Virus record (IMG/VR): IMGVR_UViG_3300020045_016362
Coordinates: 1-35,234 of that record
Reading direction: 5' to 3' (one strand)
Origin: a virus
Lineage: Duplodnaviria > Caudoviricetes
Length of the DNA: 35,234 bases
Shown: piece by piece, positions 26,496 to 33,740 of the stretch
How the letters are laid out: each line of letters opens with the position of its first letter
Position numbering within the stretch: the stretch's first letter is position 1
Made by a program: the position numbers and the translations under genes
Notes under the pieces: model-generated
Databases searched by the model: none
What the model was told of the DNA's origin: nothing
The model's input: the letters and a program-made list of their open reading frames with translations, nothing else

Positions 26496-28169
26496 ATGAA
26501 AAATTTAACAGCAGAACAAATAGAAAAATTAAACTCAATTAAAGAAACTGGATTTTTAGATGAGCAAAAAACTAAAAAACTTGTATATGATTTAGTTAGA
26601 GAAAAATATATTTTATTTAATTATATTAATCAAAATGACTATGATACAGACATTTTAAACAAAACAGAATCAGCTATGAAAATAGCTAAATCTTTTGCTA
26701 GTTTTGTACCTTCAAACGCTGTATTAAATGATACTAAAACAGTTAAATATGTATTTAACCCACGAAATAACGATCGATCGTATAACAGGGGTGGGATTAC
26801 TCATATAAACTCTTTTGACATCAATAAGACACGATTAAACGACACTATGAGCGAATTTAATAAAGTGGATTATAGTTTTTTCTATGCAAATTTTAAGGCT
26901 TACAAATTATTACTATTAAATCTATTTTCAACTGAAGAGAGAGCAAATTATTTTATTAATTGGCTATCTACTATTGTTAATACAAGAAAAAAAGTTTTAA
27001 CTTCAATAATTATCAATGGTGTTGAAGGATCAGGAAAAGGCGTTTTAAAGGACACCATAAAAACTATTTTTGGAGATAAATATGTTTTAGAAGCTGGCAA
27101 CGAGATAGTTTCTGGCTCATTTAATGGTGAATTAGACGAGAAATTATTTGTATTTTTTGAAGAAATTATAGTTGATTATAACAAAAATAAACAAATAGCA
27201 GGAAAATTAAAACGATGGATTACTGACCCTGTTTTATCAATAAACGCTAAATATGGTGCTCAATTTTCAGTAGAAAACTTCTTTAACTGTATGTTTTTTA
27301 CTAATGAAGAAAACCCGATCGAAATTAAAACAGGAGATAGAAGATATTCTATTTTTAAATCTCAGAATAAACTATTAGATATCATAGATGAGTCCGAATT
27401 TGATTCTTATAATGATTTTTTTAATTGTTTAGAATCTGAGAAAATAGATTTTATTAATTTTCTTTTTAGATTAAAATATGACGAAAAAGCGACATTGAGA
27501 CCTTTCGATACAGAAGAAAAGGACGGTATCATTCAGAGCACTAGTACAAAAATAGAAATTCTTAATGGATTGTTAAATAAAGGACTTTATAATGAATTAG
27601 AGTATAAAATTGAAGAATTAATAGAGCTAAAAAAACAAATGAATCAGTTTTATCCTAGAAATTATAAAGAAATTTTAAAGGAAATTCAAGATGATATGAG
27701 TAAATCTAGAATTCAATTAAAACTATTGCCTTTTTTATATACTACTCTAGTAGACGAAAACGAAACATCAGTTATTAAAATCGGAGCTAAATTTAATAAC
27801 CTAGGAGAGAAAAAATCAGGTAGGGGAATCTCTTACAGAAAATTAAATAAACCTTATAATTCAGTTGATACATCAGCAGAATTTATTAATAATAAAAATG
27901 TTGTTATAGATGAAAAATTTAATGAAATTATCATAGAAAATTCAGATAATGTATTATCTAAAAATGACGTAAAAAGAGTAGAAGTTTTTTCTTTTAGTGA
28001 ATTTGTAAAATATGCTAAAGAAAACGAAATATCTTTTTTAGATATAGAAGAATTAGATAATGTTGTTTCTTATTATGATAAAACAACTAAAACTAATTAT
28101 TTTTTAAATAAAGAATTGATAAATAAAGATCAATTATCATCATTAAGTAATGTTTTATGCCCATTTTAA
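26496..28169 (+). CDS. SF3/D5-like replicative helicase (DUF5906, NrS-1 polymerase helicase-like)
   Basis: Walker A GVEGSGKG, Walker B VFFEE, motif C FFTNE, GDRRY; no evident primase domain. Confidence 0.88.
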   Translation: MKNLTAEQIEKLNSIKETGFLDEQKTKKLVYDLVREKYILFNYINQNDYDTDILNKTESAMKIAKSFASFVPSNAVLNDTKTVKYVFNPRNNDRSYNRGGITHINSFDINKTRLNDTMSEFNKVDYSFFYANFKAYKLLLLNLFSTEERANYFINWLSTIVNTRKKVLTSIIINGVEGSGKGVLKDTIKTIFGDKYVLEAGNEIVSGSFNGELDEKLFVFFEEIIVDYNKNKQIAGKLKRWITDPVLSINAKYGAQFSVENFFNCMFFTNEENPIEIKTGDRRYSIFKSQNKLLDIIDESEFDSYNDFFNCLESEKIDFINFLFRLKYDEKATLRPFDTEEKDGIIQSTSTKIEILNGLLNKGLYNELEYKIEELIELKKQMNQFYPRNYKEILKEIQDDMSKSRIQLKLLPFLYTTLVDENETSVIKIGAKFNNLGEKKSGRGISYRKLNKPYNSVDTSAEFINNKNVVIDEKFNEIIIENSDNVLSKNDVKRVEVFSFSEFVKYAKENEISFLDIEELDNVVSYYDKTTKTNYFLNKELINKDQLSSLSNVLCPF

Positions 28170-28252
28170 ACATTATTGTTAAAAATTAAGCTATAATAAA
28201 GAATAAAAGGGGAGTTATTCCCCTAAAAAAAAACCATAGGAAGGTAAATTAA
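28170..28252 (+). promoter_or_regulatory. tnpB promoter/leader
   Basis: TATAAT at 28192, AGGGGA/TCCCCT hairpin at 28208-28224, AAACCATAGGAAGGTAA RBS as in the early cassettes. Confidence 0.75.
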
Positions 28253-29479
28253 ATGGAATCAGTATTTTATGCAAAACAAAAGTTAAAAAAAATTAGTGAT
28301 CTTGATAGTAAAGTTTTATATTTATTATTTAAACACTCAGCAAAATTATATAACGAAGCGTTATATTTAATCAATAAAAACTTCGAAAAAGATAATAAAT
28401 ATACTACATATGTAGACGTTGATAATTATTTAAATCATTGTAAAGATAATTTTCAATCAAAAAATTATGAGTTATTAGGTTCTTCTTTATCATTATCTAT
28501 CATAAGAAATTTAGATATTAATTTTAAAAACTTCTTCAGTAATAGAAAAAAAGAAGGAAATCTTGAGCGCCCAACTTTTAGAGATAAGAACTTCTTTATA
28601 TCTATTTTTAAATCTATTTATTCTGTTAAAGATAATTTTATAACTATACCATTAACTAGAAAATTTAGAGAAACTTATAATATTCCATCAGATTATAAAT
28701 TACAGTTTTATATATCTAAGAATTTTCAAAAATTAAGCTTTAATCAAATTAGAATATCGCAGTTTAATGATAATAATTATTATTTAGTATATCATTATAA
28801 GAAAGATATTATAGAGAAAAAAGAAAACAATAACAACTATCTTTCTATTGATTTTGGAGTTGATAATCTGTTATCTTGCTATCCATATATTCACGAACAA
28901 AACGATCTAACTCCATTCATAATTAAAGGTGGAACTATTAAATTTATTAATCATAAGAATTTTTTATATTCAAAAATGCAATATGAAAGAAATAATAATA
29001 ATTTTAATTCAGAAAAAATTAGTAAACATCTTCAAAAAAGAAATAATCAAATAGAAGATTATTTTAATAAATGTTTAAAATATATTATAAATTACTGTGA
29101 ATTTTATAATATTAATACTATAGTGTGTGGTTTTTTTAAGAATATCAAGCTAAAACTAGTAGCAAAGTCTTTTTTCTATATTCCATATTTAAAATTAAGA
29201 AGAAAATTTAGAGATTATTGTTTAAAAAGCGGAATAAATGTTTATTTTATAAATGAATCTTATACATCTAAAACATCTTTTTATGATTATGAGAGTGCTA
29301 CAAAAAGCGACGATTACGCTGGCTCAAGAGTGAAAAGGGGGTTATTTAAAACAAAAGAAGGCCTTCGAATTAATGCTGATATTAATGGTGCTGCTCAGAT
29401 TTTAACTAAATTTATTAATTTTAAGATTAATGATAGAGAAAATATATTAAAAAATCCTATTATATTAAAGATTTCTTAA
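28253..29479 (+). CDS. tnpB: TnpB-family RNA-guided endonuclease, stand-alone
   Basis: N-terminal KLYNEALY helix, RuvC-I SIDFG, IVCG with rearranged Glu in NESYTS, RVKRGLF, RuvC-III NADING; no Zn-finger cysteines. Confidence 0.9.
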   Translation: MESVFYAKQKLKKISDLDSKVLYLLFKHSAKLYNEALYLINKNFEKDNKYTTYVDVDNYLNHCKDNFQSKNYELLGSSLSLSIIRNLDINFKNFFSNRKKEGNLERPTFRDKNFFISIFKSIYSVKDNFITIPLTRKFRETYNIPSDYKLQFYISKNFQKLSFNQIRISQFNDNNYYLVYHYKKDIIEKKENNNNYLSIDFGVDNLLSCYPYIHEQNDLTPFIIKGGTIKFINHKNFLYSKMQYERNNNNFNSEKISKHLQKRNNQIEDYFNKCLKYIINYCEFYNINTIVCGFFKNIKLKLVAKSFFYIPYLKLRRKFRDYCLKSGINVYFINESYTSKTSFYDYESATKSDDYAGSRVKRGLFKTKEGLRINADINGAAQILTKFINFKINDRENILKNPIILKIS

Positions 29480-29482
29480 TTT

Positions 29483-29525
29483 TTATTCGTAATTTTGCCG
29501 CAAAAGCAAAAAATTATGATATAAT
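29483..29525 (+). promoter_or_regulatory. Cassette-type promoter downstream of tnpB
   Basis: TTATTCGT...TTTTG...AAAAATTA TGATATAAT (extended -10). Confidence 0.75.
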
Positions 29526-29530
29526 GTCTA

Positions 29531-29646
29531 TGTTAAAGAAGAATATTATAGAATAGACTTCTTAAGATTTGATTTAGTCTTAACGTGTTGTTTAAAATAA
29601 ATCATCCAATACCACGTCCTAGAGCAAGATTCTAGGACCTTTTTTT
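29531..29646 (+). ncRNA. Candidate TnpB-associated structured ncRNA (~115 nt)
   Basis: Own promoter; successive stems AAGAAG/CTTCTT, TTAAGA/TCTTAA, ACGTG/CACGT; terminator GTCCTAGA/TCTAGGAC plus T7; no RBS. Confidence 0.7.
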
Positions 29647-29647
29647 C

Positions 29648-30040
29648 TTACTTAACAAAAACAAACGCTTTAACTGCAATAGCGCAAAGAGCTGTTATAA
29701 TCCCAAATCCTACTTTAATCATAATATTCTTAACTTTTTCTATCTCTTGTTTATTATCTTTAATTTTTTCATCTAAGTTTTTTTCGCTTGATTTTAAGAA
29801 TTCTTCTTTAATACAAACTTTTTTATCTTTTTGTGTTTCTTTAAAATCTTCTTTAAGAGCCTTCAATTCTTTATCTAATGATATTAATTTTTCGTCGTGT
29901 CGTATTTGAGCGTGAAAAATTTCTGAGAGATCGTTTACTACCCTAGATAAATTAGATTGTTCTGTTTTTATAGCGCCTATATCTTGTTTTATATTCATTA
30001 ACATATTAAACATTTCGCTATTTGATTTAGTCTCGTCCAT
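29648..30040 (-). CDS. Coiled-coil protein with C-terminal TM helix (XhlA-like holin/antiholin candidate)
   Basis: AGGAG RBS; architecture and position after the tail genes. Confidence 0.55.
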   Translation of the reverse strand: MDETKSNSEMFNMLMNIKQDIGAIKTEQSNLSRVVNDLSEIFHAQIRHDEKLISLDKELKALKEDFKETQKDKKVCIKEEFLKSSEKNLDEKIKDNKQEIEKVKNIMIKVGFGIITALCAIAVKAFVFVK

Positions 30041-30070
30041 TTTATAACTCCTATTCTTATTTTTTTACAT

Positions 30071-30115
30071 AAAAAAAAGGAGTTATATACAATATATCTA
30101 GTGTATATAATTCCT
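30071..30115 (-). terminator. Long hairpin plus T8 upstream of 29648..30040
   Basis: AGGAATTATATAC...GTATATAACTCCT followed by a T-run on the minus strand. Confidence 0.65.
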
Positions 30116-30165
30116 GTTTATAAAATTATAACATACAATTATAATTATTAAATTTTTTAAATATC

Positions 30166-30468
30166 TTACATTAATATTAATGATGTAGATATTGCAACTG
30201 CTAAAAATCTAATTGAAAAATAGATTGATGCTGCTATATCATTATCAAAAAAGTTTTGTTTCTTGAATTCTTTATGTAATATATAATCTAAATTTCTTAA
30301 TAATGTTATTAAGAAAATATAAAACACTGTTAAATTTAAGACCTTACTAACATATGCTGATGTTATAATATTTCTTAATTCATCTGTTGATATGAAAAAG
30401 AAAACAGAACACGAAAACGCTATTAATACTAATAACGTTAATACTGATTTATATAAATTTGATTTCAT
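30166..30468 (-). CDS. Putative holin (3 TM segments)
   Basis: 100 aa with three hydrophobic helices; GGAG RBS. Confidence 0.6.
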   Translation of the reverse strand: MKSNLYKSVLTLLVLIAFSCSVFFFISTDELRNIITSAYVSKVLNLTVFYIFLITLLRNLDYILHKEFKKQNFFDNDIAASIYFSIRFLAVAISTSLILM

Positions 30469-30477
30469 TTTTATCTC

Positions 30478-30855
30478 CTAAAATATATTTAATTTTTGTA
30501 AAAATTCTGGAATAACAGGTAATTTTATAGTAGAATTTCTTAATTCATCTCTAAAAACAATTAAAGAATTAATCTCGTCTTCTGATAATTTTTTAGGATT
30601 ATCAATTAACAAAAGAAAATCTGTTTTTGTTAAAAAGTTTTTAACATTTTTTTTCGTCTCTTCTGAGTTAAATTCTAACTCTGCTTCTTCATCTATAATT
30701 ACATTTTTATCTGAATCATATTTTAAAAAATATGAATCTGGAACTAAACTATCTTCAATTTCTATATAATTATTAGTTGATAATAAAAATTCTTTATTAG
30801 CATCTGATGATATAAAAACTCTATATAATTTATTTTCTTCAATTCTTAATAACAT
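30478..30855 (-). CDS. Tail fibre assembly chaperone-like protein
   Basis: C-terminal LTKTDF..L.DNP...FRDELR...P..PE motif; follows putative fibre genes. Confidence 0.65.
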   Translation of the reverse strand: MLLRIEENKLYRVFISSDANKEFLLSTNNYIEIEDSLVPDSYFLKYDSDKNVIIDEEAELEFNSEETKKNVKNFLTKTDFLLLIDNPKKLSEDEINSLIVFRDELRNSTIKLPVIPEFLQKLNIF

Positions 30856-30915
30856 TCTTTTTCTCCTTTTTTTTATAAATTAATTATATCTTTTTTAGAT
30901 ATTTATTACAAATTA

Positions 30916-31536
30916 TTATTTTGAATAAACAGCAATATAATAGTTTTGAGCACTATCTGAAAACTGAGAACTGTTATTACCGCAATTTCTAAATCTGATA
31001 ACTCTCAATGATGTAGTCAAATGATAAGAAAAATAATCATAATACTGCTCATATATTGAAGTTCCTTTTTGAGCCTGGCCTATGATAGCGCAATAATTAA
31101 CAGAAGGCAATGTTATAGAAAGATTTATTTGATATGTATATACATTAACTACTGTTAAAGAAGCAACATTTTTAGAACTAACTAAAACTCCATTTTGTAC
31201 TACTGCATAAGCGATAACATTACCAGAAGTAAAATAAGTTTTCGGCTCTTTTTTAGTCCAATAGTAATTTTGTGTAAACGGGTCCATACCTGTATTAAAA
31301 TCGTATCTTGAGATAAAAAATTCTCCATATCTTTCTACTATATCTCCTAACTCATAAACTTTTTCGCTATTCCAGCTCGAACACGTAGTATTTAATAAAT
31401 TTAAAACTGATTCTTCAAAACCATAAACTGTTTTTTCGTCAATGTCTATATCTGTAGTTTGCACTGGTTGTTTTAACCACGTATAAAGTTTTTGTATATT
31501 CTCTGAAAATTTGTTTTTACATTGTGATAATGTCAT
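30916..31536 (-). CDS. Putative tail fibre/RBP subunit 3 (CBM5/12-like plus beta-rich domain)
   Basis: WNSEKVYELGDIV...P...YW; AYAVV...SKNVAS...YQI...NY. Confidence 0.65.
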   Translation of the reverse strand: MTLSQCKNKFSENIQKLYTWLKQPVQTTDIDIDEKTVYGFEESVLNLLNTTCSSWNSEKVYELGDIVERYGEFFISRYDFNTGMDPFTQNYYWTKKEPKTYFTSGNVIAYAVVQNGVLVSSKNVASLTVVNVYTYQINLSITLPSVNYCAIIGQAQKGTSIYEQYYDYFSYHLTTSLRVIRFRNCGNNSSQFSDSAQNYYIAVYSK

Positions 31537-31551
31537 TTAATTACTCCTTTG

Positions 31552-32172
31552 TTATATGATAACTATATTAGCTAAACAGTTGTCAGTCTGTGAAAAGGCC
31601 GGCGCTGAATAATATATAGTTTCTGTAAATTTAAATTTAAAACTTGTAGAGCTTTTGTCATAAACAGCGTAGTTTTGGGCTTTTGAGCCTAAACTAGTAA
31701 TATGTACTGCATAATTTGTATCTGTTATAAACGCTGCTGCACTAAAAAATACTTGATAATTCAGGGGGTCTAATACTGATACTGACTCAATATTGTAGGA
31801 CTCTAATACTGCTGGAACGTGATTAGAAGATAAATTTATCTGGTAATAAACCCAAGCTTTAGCCTGCTCTGACCCACGCTCAAGCTGTGTCAAAGATAAT
31901 ATTTTCCAAGTACCAGTATTATTTTCTGGTATAATATTAATATTATTAGTTAAAGCTAGATAAATCTCAAAATTATATGATATAATATCTCCTGCAAGAT
32001 AATTTATAGTATTATTCCATTTTTTACCCAATTTTCTGCTTGAAGAAGATTCTAAATTTGCTATACAATCTACTCCCGGCTCTGTATATGTCGTACCTTT
32101 AGGATCGAAAAATACTTGTCTCATCAATTCAGACCATTTTTCTAATCCGATTTTTAATTCTGAAAATGTCAT
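31552..32172 (-). CDS. Putative tail fibre/RBP subunit 2
   Basis: WNNTINYLAGDIISY...P...W; AKAWV...SYNIESVS...YQVFF...DTNY. Confidence 0.65.
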   Translation of the reverse strand: MTFSELKIGLEKWSELMRQVFFDPKGTTYTEPGVDCIANLESSSSRKLGKKWNNTINYLAGDIISYNFEIYLALTNNINIIPENNTGTWKILSLTQLERGSEQAKAWVYYQINLSSNHVPAVLESYNIESVSVLDPLNYQVFFSAAAFITDTNYAVHITSLGSKAQNYAVYDKSSTSFKFKFTETIYYSAPAFSQTDNCLANIVII

Positions 32173-32189
32173 TTATTACTCCTTTATTT

Positions 32190-32786
32190 TTAAACTTTTG
32201 ATATACAAGCGATAGAATATGTTTCTGCATCTGCTAATACAGACGCTAATGTACAATTCCAGGATTTAAATTCTACATAATTTGTAAAAACATTCTGAAT
32301 CATAACATTAAAAAAATCATTATTTATATTAGTTTTTTCTGTTTTTATAATACATAGATAATTTAAATCATTAAAATTTTCTACAAAATGTACCTTGAAA
32401 TGTCCCGTTGCTACTTTTTCTATAGCTAAAATAGTATCAGACCCACGCAATAGAGCACCTGCACCGGTAAAAAGTCCGAATTTGTCATAACCTACTGTTC
32501 CCGCAATCGTATTATATGTTTTAACAGTCCAGTTTGTTAATAGAGTTGGCACAGAGTTAATATTTGCATATTTAGCATAATAAAATTTATTTCCATAAGA
32601 GATAATGTCGCCCTTATTATATTTCTTCGTTGCACTCCAGACTGACCCTGTTTTATCTGTATTCTCTGTAATTATTTTTCTTAAAGAAGGAATTTCATCA
32701 AAAGAAGAAACGTTATCTAATGTTAAACAGTTTTCAATTATATTTAAACAGTCTTCTCCTACATCAATTGATTCTTGATATGTCAT
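32190..32786 (-). CDS. Putative tail fibre/RBP subunit 1
   Basis: WSATKKYNKGDIISYGNKFY...P...W; KVATGHFKVHF...DLNY. Confidence 0.65.
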   Translation of the reverse strand: MTYQESIDVGEDCLNIIENCLTLDNVSSFDEIPSLRKIITENTDKTGSVWSATKKYNKGDIISYGNKFYYAKYANINSVPTLLTNWTVKTYNTIAGTVGYDKFGLFTGAGALLRGSDTILAIEKVATGHFKVHFVENFNDLNYLCIIKTEKTNINNDFFNVMIQNVFTNYVEFKSWNCTLASVLADAETYSIACISKV

Positions 32787-32821
32787 TTTATCTCTCCATT
32801 TTTTTATTTATTATACAATTT

Positions 32822-33199
32822 TTAATATAATTTTTCAATTTCGTATATTTCTATTATATCAAAATTTATATTCACACTATTTTCAGAAAAACTATTATTT
32901 ATTTCTGAAACTATTTTAACAATTGAATTAACCATAAGCTCGTCTTTCTTTATATTAACAGAAAAAGGAAGCATTCCATTTTTAATAGTCATAAAATAAA
33001 AATCTTGGAAAATACTAAAATCCTTCTTTAACATAGATATGTTAACAGAGAATTTTTCTTTTGCTTTTTGCTCTAATTTTTTATTTATAATTAAATTATT
33101 ATCATCACTAAGAAAAGTAAAATATTTTCCTTTTTCTTGAATGTAATTACTCAAATCAAATAATCCTAAAATTTTTGGAAACTCTTTATATTTTATCAT
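32822..33199 (-). CDS. Distal tail (gpM/Dit-like) protein, paralog 2
   Basis: FQDFYFMTIKNGMLPF motif. Confidence 0.55.
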   Translation of the reverse strand: MIKYKEFPKILGLFDLSNYIQEKGKYFTFLSDDNNLIINKKLEQKAKEKFSVNISMLKKDFSIFQDFYFMTIKNGMLPFSVNIKKDELMVNSIVKIVSEINNSFSENSVNINFDIIEIYEIEKLY

Positions 33200-33210
33200 T
33201 AGTTACTCCT

Positions 33211-33723
33211 TTATTTTTTATTAATTATTTTTAAATTATTCTTTATTTTTTCTATATAATTTAAAACTTGAATAGTTAAAATATCACAAGATACATTATT
33301 TTCAAAATCTGAATTAATATCTTTTAAACAATTTGTAATAACATCTATATATTCTAAAACATTTAATGTATCAATATCACAATAGCTATTTTGTTTTGCT
33401 AATACACAGTTAATAGTATAAATATCATTAACACCTTCTTCATATGATATTTGTAAATTATCATAGAATGAATAAATTTCGAAAACATTTTCAATCTCAA
33501 AATCAGCTAAAAAATTATCAAGACCTTTATTTAATGTCATATTATAGAATTCCATAAAATCTAAATATTCAATTTCTTTTAATTTAAAACTAACAGTAAC
33601 ATACACGATACCCTGAATTTTTGGACGTGTTTTTATTTGCTCATTCTCTGATACAAATAAAGAAAAATTTTCATCTTTATAGCTCATAGAAACAGGATAT
33701 ATACCAGTAATAAAATTTTGCAT
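33211..33723 (-). CDS. Distal tail (gpM/Dit-like) protein, paralog 1
   Basis: FMEFYNMTLNKGLDNF motif. Confidence 0.55.
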   Translation of the reverse strand: MQNFITGIYPVSMSYKDENFSLFVSENEQIKTRPKIQGIVYVTVSFKLKEIEYLDFMEFYNMTLNKGLDNFLADFEIENVFEIYSFYDNLQISYEEGVNDIYTINCVLAKQNSYCDIDTLNVLEYIDVITNCLKDINSDFENNVSCDILTIQVLNYIEKIKNNLKIINKK

Positions 33724-33740
33724 TTTTTTAATCTCCTTTT

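Noticed and set aside
6705-26538. ORFs 6705..6896, 19320..19550, 20392..20583, 24979..25179, 26350..26538
   Set aside because: They overlap origin-like repeats or regulatory cassettes, or lie antisense to real genes; no RBS and low-complexity translations
26652-26662. 11-nt complement of the candidate TnpB guide inside the helicase gene
   Set aside because: Too short and AT-rich; expected by chance in this genome
28253-29479. Active IS605/IS607 insertion or nuclease-dead TldR
   Set aside because: No tnpA or recognisable IS ends, and the gene uses phage expression signals; the IVCG motif is consistent with the rearranged RuvC-II Glu in NESYTS, so it cannot be called dead from sequence
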